DNA of 64,000 bases from an uncultured Leptospirales bacterium. GTDB taxonomy: Bacteria; Spirochaetota; UBA4802; UBA5550. Of this stretch, positions 40,022 through 50,057 are shown one piece after another (within the stretch, counting starts at the first letter, position 1; every line of letters begins with the position of its first letter). Made by a program: the position numbers and the translations under genes. The stretch spans positions 49,319-113,318 of the forward strand of contig CAYRGX010000004.1 in the NCBI GenBank assembly GCA_964423905.1, read 5' to 3'. The notes below the pieces were generated by a model. The model was not told the DNA's origin and made no database searches. It saw nothing but the letters and a program-made list of their open reading frames with translations.

Positions 40022-41326
40022 ATGATATTCAACAAAGAATACGAAACAATGCCATTGGCCAAAATCAAGGAACTGCAACTGGAGCGCCTCAAGTGGGCGA
40101 TCAACCACGCGTACAATAACAACGCGTTTTACAGGAAAAAATACGACGATGCGGGATTCAACCCGTCAAAATTCAAGTCCCTTGCGGACATGAAGCACGT
40201 TCCGTTTCTCACCAAGCAGGACATGCGAAACAACTATCCCTTCGGACTCTTCGCGATGCCGCTCGACAAGGTCGTACGTGTCCACGCTTCGTCGGGCACG
40301 ACCGGAAACTCAACCGTGGTTGGATATACCAAACACGACGTCGAAGTCTTCGCCGAGGTGGTTGCCCGCTGCATCGCGAGTTATGGCGGATCGGAAAAAG
40401 ACGTGATACAGGTCGCCTACGGTTACGGCCTCTTCACCGGGGGGCTGGGACTTCATTACGGCGCCGAAAAAATCGGAGCGCTGGTAGTGCCCATTTCCGG
40501 CGGTAACACCGAACGTCAGCTCATGCTCATAAAGGACTTCGGCACCACGATGATCGCCTGCACCCCGTCATATGCGCTGAACATAGCCGACTATCTTGAA
40601 AAGAAAAGACCCGATTACGATATCCGCAAAACGAAGCTCAGGGCCGGCATATTCGGCGCCGAACCGTGGTCCGAAGCCATGCGCAAGGAAATCGAGGCGA
40701 GACTCGGTATCGAAGCGTTCGATATCTACGGCCTCTCCGAGGTCATCGGCCCGGGCGTTTCGGCGGAATGCACCGCGAAATCAGGGTTGCACGTGTTCGA
40801 GGACCACTTCTACGTGGAGATCATCGATCCCGAAACCGGCGAGATACTCCCCGAGGGAGAAAAGGGCGAGATCGTCTACACCACCATGACAAAAGAGGCG
40901 TTCCCCGGAATCCGCTACCGTTCACGCGACATCACGCGTCTCTACCGCGATAATTGCCCGTGCGGCAGGACCATGGTGAAGATGGAAAAAGTCACCGGGA
41001 GATCCGATGACATGCTCATCATCCGCGGCGTGAACGTGTTCCCGTCACAGATCGAATCGGTCCTCATGGAAGTGGAAGGCACCGAGCCCCACTACCAGAT
41101 CATCGTCGACCGCCACGGGGCCATGGACGACATCGAGGTCAAGGTCGAGGTCAGCGAGAAGCTTTTCTCGGACGAGGTCAAGGTCCTGAACGACCTCGGC
41201 AAGCGCATAGCCGACCGCTTCAGGAGCGTCCTGGGGATCTCCGCGAAAATCACGCTCGTCGAGCCTATGACGATCACCCGGAGCGAAGGCAAGGCCGTGC
41301 GCGTCATCGATAATCGTAAAATTTAA
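40022..41326 (+). CDS. paaK: phenylacetate-CoA ligase family (aryl-acetate CoA ligase, PaaK/F390 synthetase-like)
   Basis: AMP-binding motif [15 protein letters not shown]; typical PaaK N-terminus. Confidence 0.88.
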   Translation: MIFNKEYETMPLAKIKELQLERLKWAINHAYNNNAFYRKKYDDAGFNPSKFKSLADMKHVPFLTKQDMRNNYPFGLFAMPLDKVVRVHASSGTTGNSTVVGYTKHDVEVFAEVVARCIASYGGSEKDVIQVAYGYGLFTGGLGLHYGAEKIGALVVPISGGNTERQLMLIKDFGTTMIACTPSYALNIADYLEKKRPDYDIRKTKLRAGIFGAEPWSEAMRKEIEARLGIEAFDIYGLSEVIGPGVSAECTAKSGLHVFEDHFYVEIIDPETGEILPEGEKGEIVYTTMTKEAFPGIRYRSRDITRLYRDNCPCGRTMVKMEKVTGRSDDMLIIRGVNVFPSQIESVLMEVEGTEPHYQIIVDRHGAMDDIEVKVEVSEKLFSDEVKVLNDLGKRIADRFRSVLGISAKITLVEPMTITRSEGKAVRVIDNRKI

Positions 41327-41343
41327 GTCCAAGGAGGAACACC

Positions 41344-41775
41344 ATGAACGTCACCCAGGTATCTGTATTCATAGAAAACAAGCCGGGGCATCTCCAGAAT
41401 GTCCTCAAAATTCTGTCCGACGAAAAAATCAACATCATCACGCTGACGATCGCGGAGACGTCGGACTTCGGCATCCTCAGGATGATCGTCAACGATTCGG
41501 AAAAGGCCATCGCGGCGCTCAGGGGCGCTCATATCACCGCGTCTTCTACGGACGTCCTGGCCATAGAAATCGACGATACGCCCGGGTCCCTGTTCAGGGC
41601 GGTCGACACCTTTTCCAAGAAGAAACTCAACATCGAGTACATGTACGCCTTCACCGAAAAACGCGGGGACAAGGCGGTCATGATATTCAGGTTCGACGAC
41701 ATTGAAGCGGCGAAAAAAGCCCTCCAGGAAGAGGGATACAGCATCGTTAAAAAAATAGATCTCATCGGGGAATGA
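41344..41775 (+). CDS. ACT domain-containing protein
   Basis: Two ACT repeats (VSVFIENKPGHLQNVLKIL..., LAIEIDDTPGSLFRAVDTF); AAGGAGG SD; usual partner of paaK/iorAB. Confidence 0.85.
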   Translation: MNVTQVSVFIENKPGHLQNVLKILSDEKINIITLTIAETSDFGILRMIVNDSEKAIAALRGAHITASSTDVLAIEIDDTPGSLFRAVDTFSKKKLNIEYMYAFTEKRGDKAVMIFRFDDIEAAKKALQEEGYSIVKKIDLIGE

Positions 41776-41778
41776 TAC

Positions 41779-43338
41779 ATGGAAAAGAAGGTTCTGCTCG
41801 GAAATGAAGCGATAGCCCGGGGCATCTGGGAAGCGGGCTGCCACGTTGCAACGGCGTATCCAGGCACTCCCAGTACCGAGATACTGGAGGTACTCGCCAG
41901 GGATTACCGCGATATCAAATCGCAGTGGTCGGTAAACGAGAAGGTCGCGCTTGAGGTAGCCGCCGGGGCGTCGATCGCCGGCGCCCGCGCCGTCGCGGCG
42001 ATGAAGCACGTGGGACTCAACGTGGCTGCCGACCCGCTGTTCACGTTTTCATATACCGGCGTGAACGGAAGCCTGGTCATCATCAACGCCGACGACCCGT
42101 CGGCCTGGAGCTCGCAGAACGAGCAGGACAACCGGCACCTGGCACGCGCCTCAAAAGTTCCCATGATCGAACCATCCAGCCCGGCTGAAGCAAAGGAATT
42201 CACCGCACTCGCCTTCGAGCTCTCCGAGCAATTCGACCGGCCTGTCATCGTGCGCATCACGACGAGGATCGCGCATTCGCAGGGCATCGTCGAATGCGGG
42301 GAGAGAAAAAACGTGCCCGTGAAAGATTTTATCAGGAACCCGAAAAAATACGTCATGCTTCCGGCGCACGCCAGGCCCCGCCACGTTTTTATAGAGGAAC
42401 AGATGATCAAGTTGAAGGAGTACTCGAACAAGAGCCCCCTCAACACCATCGAATGGAAGGGGAAAAAACGTGGCATCATCACAAACGGCGTCGCCTACCA
42501 GTACGTGAAAGAAACCTGCCCCGACGACTCGGTCCTCAGGATAGGGATGATCTGGCCGATGCCTGATGAGAAGATAAGGGAATTCGCCGCGGGCGTCGAA
42601 AAACTATATGTGGTCGAGGAACTCGATCCTTTCATAGAGGACTACGTCAAGGCGCTCGGCATCCCATGTACCGGAAAGGAAATCATACCACTTTGCTTTG
42701 AGCTTTCGCCCGATATCGTTGACAGGGCCTTGAACGGAAAGGCGCACGAGGGCGCGTATCCCAAATACACCTCGAACCCTATCCCCCCGCGCCCCCCGGC
42801 GCTCTGCAAGGGATGCCCCCACGCATTCGTCTTCCAGGTGCTCAGCAAGCTCGACCTCAACGTAAACGGTGACATCGGCTGTTACACGCTCGCGGCACTG
42901 CCGCCCTACAATGGCATGCATTCACAGGGCTGCATGGGGGCGAGCATCGGTATGCACCTCGGTTTCGAAAAAGCCCATGGTCCCGGGATGTCACGGAAAA
43001 CGGTCGCCGTGATCGGCGATTCCACGTTCATCCATTCGGGCATCACCCCGCTGGTGGACCTCGTCTACAACAAGGGAACCGGCACCGTGCTCATTCTCGA
43101 CAACCGTGTGACCGCCATGACCGGGCACCAGGATAATCCGGCTACCGGCAGGACTCTTATGGGAGAAGAAACGCACGAACTCGACCTGGCGATGCTTGCC
43201 CGGGCGATTGGCGTCAAGCGGGTGGTCGTCACTGACCCGAAGGACATGGTGGAATTCGAGCGTGTCGTGCGCGAAGAAGTCGCGGCAGCGGAACCGTCGG
43301 TCATCATATCCAAGCGCAAATGCATCCTGGCGAAATGA
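41779..43338 (+). CDS. iorA: indolepyruvate:ferredoxin oxidoreductase alpha subunit (short form, no ferredoxin-type Cys clusters seen)
   Basis: GNEAIARGIWEAG...AYPGTPSTEI pyrimidine-binding domain; TPP motif GDSTFIHSGITPL...TAMTGHQDNP. Confidence 0.88.
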   Translation: MEKKVLLGNEAIARGIWEAGCHVATAYPGTPSTEILEVLARDYRDIKSQWSVNEKVALEVAAGASIAGARAVAAMKHVGLNVAADPLFTFSYTGVNGSLVIINADDPSAWSSQNEQDNRHLARASKVPMIEPSSPAEAKEFTALAFELSEQFDRPVIVRITTRIAHSQGIVECGERKNVPVKDFIRNPKKYVMLPAHARPRHVFIEEQMIKLKEYSNKSPLNTIEWKGKKRGIITNGVAYQYVKETCPDDSVLRIGMIWPMPDEKIREFAAGVEKLYVVEELDPFIEDYVKALGIPCTGKEIIPLCFELSPDIVDRALNGKAHEGAYPKYTSNPIPPRPPALCKGCPHAFVFQVLSKLDLNVNGDIGCYTLAALPPYNGMHSQGCMGASIGMHLGFEKAHGPGMSRKTVAVIGDSTFIHSGITPLVDLVYNKGTGTVLILDNRVTAMTGHQDNPATGRTLMGEETHELDLAMLARAIGVKRVVVTDPKDMVEFERVVREEVAAAEPSVIISKRKCILAK

Positions 43339-43347
43339 GGTGAGAAA

Positions 43348-43920
43348 ATGAAAAACGTAATATTTGCAGGTGTCGGCGGCCAGGGCGTCATTCTGGCGAG
43401 CAAGATACTCATGGAGGTTGCCATGAGCGCCGGGTACGATGTCAAGGAATCGGAAGTGCACGGCATGGCCCAGAGAGGCGGAAGTGTCGATTGCCATGTT
43501 CGTTTCGGCGAGAAAGTGCATTCCCCACTCATCCCCAACGAAAGCGCCGATTTCATCGTGAGCCTCGAGCTCCTCGAGGTAATGCGCAAGCTCGATTACC
43601 TGTCCCCGAAGGGAAAACTTATCGTCAATATGGAAAAGATAGAACCGGCACCGGTGCAGACCGGAGCCATGGCGTATCCCCCCGACCTCGTCGAGTGGAT
43701 ACGGTCAAACACCGCAGACAGCCTGTTCGTGGAAACCGAGGGCATTCTGAAAGAGGTGGGATCCAGGAAAGCCCTGAACATCGTGATGCTCGGCATCCTG
43801 TCAAAGTACCTCGAGTTCGACGAGGCCCAGTGGGGAAAAGGCATCCGTGCTCTCGTGAAAGAAAAGTTTCTCGAGATGAATTTCAAGGCGTTCTCGATGG
43901 GCCGGAATTATCCGGCATAA
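43348..43920 (+). CDS. iorB: indolepyruvate:ferredoxin oxidoreductase beta subunit
   Basis: IFAGVGGQGVILASKIL...HGMAQRGGSV. Confidence 0.9.
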   Translation: MKNVIFAGVGGQGVILASKILMEVAMSAGYDVKESEVHGMAQRGGSVDCHVRFGEKVHSPLIPNESADFIVSLELLEVMRKLDYLSPKGKLIVNMEKIEPAPVQTGAMAYPPDLVEWIRSNTADSLFVETEGILKEVGSRKALNIVMLGILSKYLEFDEAQWGKGIRALVKEKFLEMNFKAFSMGRNYPA

Positions 43921-43923
43921 AAC

Positions 43924-44781
43924 TCAATAACTCTGTTCGGTGCCGAAGGCTCCCCTTCCCTCGATGGGAACGTAGGAGTGACCGCGATAGAGACGACCGA
44001 GCGCATCGGTGATCTCTTTCGCGGTTTCGAGTACCGTAGCGGTCCCCTTCCCCAGAAAGTTTGAACCCGCATCCACGATAAATTTACTGCCCTCGGAACC
44101 GGTCTCGAGGCACTTGATGTGACCGCCCCTGTTCGGCTTGAAGCTGAAGGGCTCTCCCAGCAGGCTCTCGAGCGTCGTCTGGTGAGGTTTGGTGCCGATG
44201 GAGTAGAAACGCGGAGCATAGGTCTTGTTGGGCGGCATGAACGCGACATAGGTGATATGCTCGCCGGGCTCAAGCCCGTTCAGGTGCTCCCTGAACCTGT
44301 TTTTTTCCTCGAGCGCCCAATCGGTTTTTTCCTCGAACCTGCCGATCCTGAATTTCTGCTGGGTTGGAATGAATACAAACTTGAGGTTGTCGGTGCGTTC
44401 GAAATCAATCAGCTGTTCAGGGGCGAACGAACGTTCGATAAAATTCATGATCGCTTCCTGAAGGTCGGGATTTTTTTTGTAAAGGGGCCATCTCTGGATA
44501 ATCTCCCGGGCCCGGCTTGAAGCTTCATTCGCACCGAATGCCGTCGTGAATACATACACTTCATCCCCGGTGGAAGGCTTGAGAATTCCGGCCTCTGCCG
44601 CAAAGGCTATGTTCGCCATGTCGATGACGTTGATCAGGATAAGTCCGTCCGAGTCGTCCGAACCCCCGAAGGCCCCCTGCTGGTCTTTCCCGTTTCCGAC
44701 CCTGCGGATGATGTTGCCGTTCTCCAGTCCCGGATAGTCCGTCATCGGGACCATGATTTTATTGTCTATGAGATATTTCAT
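43924..44781 (-). CDS. hypothetical protein
   Basis: Likely start MKYLIDNK at 44781; conserved-looking GGHIKCLETGSEGSKFIVDAGSNFLGKG block; family not identified. Confidence 0.5.
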   Translation of the reverse strand: MKYLIDNKIMVPMTDYPGLENGNIIRRVGNGKDQQGAFGGSDDSDGLILINVIDMANIAFAAEAGILKPSTGDEVYVFTTAFGANEASSRAREIIQRWPLYKKNPDLQEAIMNFIERSFAPEQLIDFERTDNLKFVFIPTQQKFRIGRFEEKTDWALEEKNRFREHLNGLEPGEHITYVAFMPPNKTYAPRFYSIGTKPHQTTLESLLGEPFSFKPNRGGHIKCLETGSEGSKFIVDAGSNFLGKGTATVLETAKEITDALGRLYRGHSYVPIEGRGAFGTEQSY

Positions 44782-44954
44782 ATAGCAGTCTTTCCCCGGT
44801 ATGATGATAAAAGTATATGGCGCGGTCTTCGTATGTCGAGAATTTTTTCCCCGTGATCGGCCCCGATTCCGCAATTCCTTCCGAATATCGATTGACTTAC
44901 AACCGCCCTCTTCATGTGTTATGTCATAAAGTAACGCACACGGAAGCAGTATTT

Positions 44955-45479
44955 ATGATAAAAAAAGTATCAAATCCCTTCGGTTTTGGGCTCTATGCGA
45001 CCCGGATCATAGCGCGGGGAACGAAGTTGTTCGAGCATGACGACTGGATCACGGACGAACAGATTGGCTGGGACCTCCTGGCAATCGACGAAGTCGCGAA
45101 GCTCCCGGAAAGGGAGCGTCACCTGTTCGAGCAGTACATGTACAGCAAGGACTTTGATCATCTGATCGGCACGTTCGACTGGAACAACGCGACCCACGTT
45201 TCGAACTTTATCAATCACTCGTGCAACCCGAACCTGATATACAACGAAGACGACAACATCGTCGCGCGTCGCGACATCGCACCCGACGAGGAGCTCACCC
45301 TCGATTACGGCGTGGTTGTGGTCAACATCGACCAGCCTTTTATGTGCGGGTGCGCCCAGCCGAATTGCAGGAAAAGCCTCCTGAAGGACGACTGGAAAAA
45401 ACTCGTGCTGGAATACAAATACAACGTTCCGGCGTTCATGCGCGACGAGGTACGAAAAATTCTCTCAAACGTTTCCTGA
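44955..45479 (+). CDS. SET-domain protein (putative protein lysine methyltransferase)
   Basis: SET motifs NHSCNPN and EELTLDYG, plus post-SET-like CGCAQPNC; start ATG 44955. Confidence 0.7.
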   Translation: MIKKVSNPFGFGLYATRIIARGTKLFEHDDWITDEQIGWDLLAIDEVAKLPERERHLFEQYMYSKDFDHLIGTFDWNNATHVSNFINHSCNPNLIYNEDDNIVARRDIAPDEELTLDYGVVVVNIDQPFMCGCAQPNCRKSLLKDDWKKLVLEYKYNVPAFMRDEVRKILSNVS

Positions 45480-45486
45480 GCGCCAT

Positions 45487-46476
45487 TCATTTCCGCGGGG
45501 CGCTGTAGACCATGGTCTTCCCGTCCGGCGATATACCGTAATTGAACTCCCAGAAACTCCGTTGTGACTTGAAAACACTTAATTGTTTATCGGGGATATT
45601 CACCGTGTATATTTCAAATGTCATGCCCAGGTCATCAGATTTTCTTGCAACGACATACACCTTTGCATTGTTCAATGGATCGAACATGATGCGTTTATGG
45701 TTATTGAGACCCGTAAGATCCACCCTGCTCAATACATTGCCGCTGAGATCGATCACAACAAGGTCAAGGAGGCTAATAAAGGCGATCCTCAACGAATCGG
45801 GGCTCCAGGCTGCCTCCTTCGGCATGTTCAGGAACGAGGACGCATTGGTCAGCCTTCGCTTCGTACCGCCGGACGATGGAACCAGGAAGAGATCGTTATT
45901 CAGGTCCCTGTTTTCGTAAAGCACCCATTTCCCGTCGGGAGACAGGGACGGCTTTTCCGCCCTCACTGCGGCATCGGTAATCTTAATCCTTTTCCCGTCG
46001 CCGGGCGAATACAGCCAGAGATCTTTAACCGTTCCACCCGATGATTCGCAGAGCACCTGACCTGTCCGGGGATGGATGAACGTGGTGAGCGAAATGTCTT
46101 TCATATTATCTTCGAGATACAGCGTATCCTTCTTCTCAGCGAGGTCATACTGCCTGAGCTGCGGGTTTATTTTCTTCCCGTCGCTCGATTCCCTCAGTAT
46201 ATAGAATATTTTTTTTCCGTCGGGTGAAAACCGGGGTAGCGACATCATTCCCTTTTCCGCCGAAAGGAGATTTCTCGCGCCGGTATGCATATCCTCGATA
46301 TATACCGCGCTGTCGCCGACTTTATTTAAAAATTGATCACATCCAACCTTGGCGCAGACCCCGATAAGCGTCAGGTTCAGAACCACGGCGCCGATGATGA
46401 TATACGGCCATACGCTTCTCTTCTTTTTCTGCGGGGTGCCGGTCCCGATCGTTTTGCCCTCCACCTGTTCGATCAT
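45487..46476 (-). CDS. TolB-like beta-propeller (PD40 repeat) protein with N-terminal TM anchor
   Basis: Repeated FSPDGKKI / LSPDGKWV / ISPDGKTM PD40 motifs. Confidence 0.7.
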   Translation of the reverse strand: MIEQVEGKTIGTGTPQKKKRSVWPYIIIGAVVLNLTLIGVCAKVGCDQFLNKVGDSAVYIEDMHTGARNLLSAEKGMMSLPRFSPDGKKIFYILRESSDGKKINPQLRQYDLAEKKDTLYLEDNMKDISLTTFIHPRTGQVLCESSGGTVKDLWLYSPGDGKRIKITDAAVRAEKPSLSPDGKWVLYENRDLNNDLFLVPSSGGTKRRLTNASSFLNMPKEAAWSPDSLRIAFISLLDLVVIDLSGNVLSRVDLTGLNNHKRIMFDPLNNAKVYVVARKSDDLGMTFEIYTVNIPDKQLSVFKSQRSFWEFNYGISPDGKTMVYSAPRK

Positions 46477-46480
46477 ATAG

Positions 46481-46834
46481 TCAATCCCCCTTCTTTTTTT
46501 TCAACAGCCGCTCCCTGTCTTTCAGAAGCAGGTCCCTGTGATTTTCTTCTTCGGCGGCGACGACCATGATATCGTCGGCAACGGCCAGGTAATGCGCCGA
46601 GAACCTGCGCAGGAGGGATGCAATGTCACTATACAGCGATCCCAGCGAATTTTCAGATTCGGCGAGTATCCCGAGCGCTTTCGGCACGTCCCGTTCACCG
46701 TGCACCTTCCTGAATAACGATTCAACGAGGTTGTTCTGAAAATCGGTGATCATCCCTTCTTTCAGTAACGGCCTGGGTTTTCCTTTTTGAATGCCCTCTA
46801 TGACCTGCGCGTGCTGTTCCGAATGCACCTCCAT
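46481..46834 (-). CDS. hypothetical protein
   Basis: 117 aa helical protein 4 bp upstream of the TolB-like gene; ExxH-like pairs but no firm family. Confidence 0.45.
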   Translation of the reverse strand: MEVHSEQHAQVIEGIQKGKPRPLLKEGMITDFQNNLVESLFRKVHGERDVPKALGILAESENSLGSLYSDIASLLRRFSAHYLAVADDIMVVAAEEENHRDLLLKDRERLLKKKKGD

Positions 46835-47378
46835 GAATTCGAGGACCGCCCTTACGGATTCATGTCCTGGCAGATCTTTGTCTTCGCGTACTGCTCGGAC
46901 AACACCCGTTCCAGTAAAACCAGGTATCGCAAGTATTCATTATACATTCCGATATCCTCCTGATAAATTATGCGCGATTGATATCTCCCTGTCAAGCCTG
47001 AAGCGTCGACCCGGTAGCCGGGGATCGCGCAGGGACGAAGTCGCTCCTGCGTACCGATTGCGTGTCGTTCATGTGGGTATATCCCCCTACAAATAGCACC
47101 TCAGGGAAATTTATAATTCGGATTAATCTCTTCCATTAAGGAAAAAAACTTGCAAAAAAAACATGGTAACAATTTTATTGTTAAAAATAAGGAAATCGCG
47201 CATCTACAATCTGCAATGCAATATTCAATAACAATACACCACTCAAAGCAACCTGCTGCATTGCATTCTTTAGTCCATATCCCTCGTTTTACGTTCCCAA
47301 CAACCCTGCATTTTAAATGGTTATGGAGCCATTTAGAAATAGTCAGTATCAATTAAAAATTTATAGGTAGGTTAAACT

Positions 47379-49961
47379 ATGAAGACATTAAAACGAATGT
47401 TGTTCATGTTGGCCGCGTTCCAACTGAGCACATTGTCGCTGTTCGCCAGCGAGGCGGATCTAGCGATTCCCGATCTCCATGCTGGCAGCTACACGCTGTT
47501 CGGTGGTACGATCACAGCATGGCAGCTGCTTTTCTACGGTGCCCTCGTTATATGCGGCACCCTGGGCATCAGCTTGTTCCAGTTCTTCATGATCAAAAAA
47601 GAGAAGGCGCATATTTCCATGCTCAAGGTAGCCGAGATCATCTACCAGACTTGCCGGACCTATCTGCTGCAGCAGGGAAAATTCCTGTTGATGCTGTTCG
47701 CATTTATCGCAGTGGCAATGGCTTTCTACTTTCTGGTGATGAAAGGCGAGGCGGTTCCGGTTCTCCTCCAGATATTGCTCTTCTCGGTCATCGGTATGGG
47801 CGGCTCATACACGGTCGCCTGGTACGGCATCCGGGTCAACACCCTTGCCAACGCACGTACCGCCTTTGCCTCGCTTGAAGGGAAACCCTGGAACGTGGTT
47901 AACATCCCGCTCCGCGCAGGCATGAGCGTCGGTCTGTTCCTCATTTCTCTTGAGCTCGTCATGATGGTTATCATCCTGCTCTTCGTTCCCCGCAATATCG
48001 TCGGCTACTGCTTCCTCGGTTTCGCCATCGGCGAGTCCCTGGGCGCTTCCGCCCTTCGTATCGCAGGGGGTATCTTCACGAAGATCGCCGACATCGGCTC
48101 CGACCTCATGAAGATAGTGTTTAAAGTCAAGGAAGACGATCCCCGTAACCCTGGTGTTATCGCCGACTGTACCGGTGACAACGCCGGTGACAGCGTTGGC
48201 CCCACGGCTGACGGTTTCGAAACATACGGCGTAACCGGCGTCGCGCTGATCTCCTTCATCACGCTGGCCATCACCATTACCGACATCACGGGCAGGATCG
48301 ACATAGTGAAAATCCTTGCCGCTGCCGGTGTTGCCGATGTGAGCAAGGAAGCAGTCCAGTCGATCGCAGCTCTTTTCCAGGCCGAGCTTCAATCAAAACT
48401 CATCGTCTGGATATTCGCCATGCGGTTCCTCATGGACTTCCTCTCCGGTTGTTCATATTTCGTAAACCAGGCAATTTCTACGGTCAAATACAAAGGCAAA
48501 ACGGAATTCGATTTCGAAGAGCCCCTTATGCGTCTCATCTGGATCGCCGCTATCCTTTGTATCAGCGTATCCTTTGGCATGAGCTATTTACTGCTGGGCA
48601 ATCTCGACCTCACCATGTCGGTTGCCGCGCTTGAAAAACTCAGCATCACTGCAGACAAGGCCATCGTTTTCGCACAATACCCCGGTATCTGGTGGAAGCT
48701 GGCCATGATCATCAGCTGCGGAACCCTCGCCGCGGTTCTCATCCCCGAGTTTACCAAGATATTCACAAGCTCCAAGTCGAAGCACGTTCAGGAGATCGTT
48801 ACTGCGACCCGCGAAGGCGGTTCGTCACTCACGATCCTTTCCGGTATCGTTGCCGGTAACTTCAGCGCCTTTTGGATGGGCGTCCTGATCGCCGCCCTCA
48901 TGACCGGCGCGTATGTCACCAGCACTTTCGGTCTGGCTGACGTCATGGGCCCCTATGCGTCGATCTTCGCCTTCGGTATGGTCGCCTTCGGTTTCCTCTG
49001 CATGGGCCCGGTCACCATCGCCGTTGACAGCTACGGTCCTGTTACTGACAACGCTCAGTCTATCTTCGAGCTGTCCCAGATCGAAGCAGTACCCAACATT
49101 AAAGCCGAGATTAAAAAAGATTACGGCTTTGAACCCAATTTCGAGCTTGGCAAGCATTTCCTCGAAGCCAACGACGGCGCGGGAAACACTTTCAAAGCCA
49201 CCGCCAAACCGGTTCTGATCGGTACCGCGGTGGTCGGAGCAACGACCATGATCTTCGCGATCATCCTGCTCCTCAAGAAAGTCGGCTTCCTGAAGCTCTC
49301 CCTCACTGACGCTCCCGTCATTCTCGGTTTTATCTGCGGCGGCGCGGTAATCTTCTGGTTCGCAGGCGCTTCCATGCAAGCGGTCACCACCGGTGCATAC
49401 CGTGCGGTCGAGTTCATCAAGAAAAACCTTAATCTCGACAAGACCGAAGCAGACCTTGAAGACTCCAAGACGGTCGTCAGAATCTGCACGCAGTACGCCC
49501 AGAAAGGTATGTGGAACATCTTCATAGCGCTGATGACCCTTACCCTGGCCTTCGCGTTTGTTGATCCCAATTTCTTCGTTGCATACCTGGTATCCATCGC
49601 TGTTTTTGGTCTCTTCCAGGCCATTTACATGGCAAACGCCGGTGGCTCATGGGACAATGCGAAAAAAGTCGTCGAAGTTGACCTGAAAGAAAAGGGAACC
49701 GCACTTCACGACGCCGCAGTCGTAGGTGACACGGTGGGTGACCCATTCAAAGATACTTCTTCGGTATCCATGAACCCGATCATCAAGTTTTCCACCCTGT
49801 TCGGCCTTCTGGCGACAGAAATAGCGATCGAGATGAAACTGCATGCCATCAAGGCTCAGGCAACGGATTATACGATTTTCATAGCGATTCCGTTTTTCGT
49901 TATCGGTTTGATTTTCGTATGGCGCTCATTCTACGCCATGAGAATACCCGAAAAAGATTGA
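47379..49961 (+). CDS. hppA: membrane-bound H+-translocating pyrophosphatase (V-PPase), probably K+-independent type, with N-terminal extension and signal peptide
   Basis: CTGDNAGDSVGPTADGFE, DNAKKVVE, VGDTVGDPFKDTSSVSMNPIIK; GNTFKATAKP (Lys at the K+ determinant position). Confidence 0.93.
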   Translation: MKTLKRMLFMLAAFQLSTLSLFASEADLAIPDLHAGSYTLFGGTITAWQLLFYGALVICGTLGISLFQFFMIKKEKAHISMLKVAEIIYQTCRTYLLQQGKFLLMLFAFIAVAMAFYFLVMKGEAVPVLLQILLFSVIGMGGSYTVAWYGIRVNTLANARTAFASLEGKPWNVVNIPLRAGMSVGLFLISLELVMMVIILLFVPRNIVGYCFLGFAIGESLGASALRIAGGIFTKIADIGSDLMKIVFKVKEDDPRNPGVIADCTGDNAGDSVGPTADGFETYGVTGVALISFITLAITITDITGRIDIVKILAAAGVADVSKEAVQSIAALFQAELQSKLIVWIFAMRFLMDFLSGCSYFVNQAISTVKYKGKTEFDFEEPLMRLIWIAAILCISVSFGMSYLLLGNLDLTMSVAALEKLSITADKAIVFAQYPGIWWKLAMIISCGTLAAVLIPEFTKIFTSSKSKHVQEIVTATREGGSSLTILSGIVAGNFSAFWMGVLIAALMTGAYVTSTFGLADVMGPYASIFAFGMVAFGFLCMGPVTIAVDSYGPVTDNAQSIFELSQIEAVPNIKAEIKKDYGFEPNFELGKHFLEANDGAGNTFKATAKPVLIGTAVVGATTMIFAIILLLKKVGFLKLSLTDAPVILGFICGGAVIFWFAGASMQAVTTGAYRAVEFIKKNLNLDKTEADLEDSKTVVRICTQYAQKGMWNIFIALMTLTLAFAFVDPNFFVAYLVSIAVFGLFQAIYMANAGGSWDNAKKVVEVDLKEKGTALHDAAVVGDTVGDPFKDTSSVSMNPIIKFSTLFGLLATEIAIEMKLHAIKAQATDYTIFIAIPFFVIGLIFVWRSFYAMRIPEKD

Positions 49962-50008
49962 GTTTTTAATTGATCAGACACGTGCGCCCGTCCCGGGCGC
50001 ACAAAAAA

Positions 50009-50039
50009 AGAGGACGCTCAAAAGCGTTCTCTTTTTTTT
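50009..50039. terminator. bidirectional intrinsic terminator shared by hppA (+) and the 56-aa ORF (-)
   Basis: 10-bp stem AGAGGACGCT / AGCGTTCTCT (one G-U wobble), loop CAAA; A7 run on 5' side and T7 run on 3' side. A second 9-bp GC hairpin at 49982-50002. Confidence 0.7.
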
Positions 50040-50057
50040 ACATTCACAAAATCCCGG

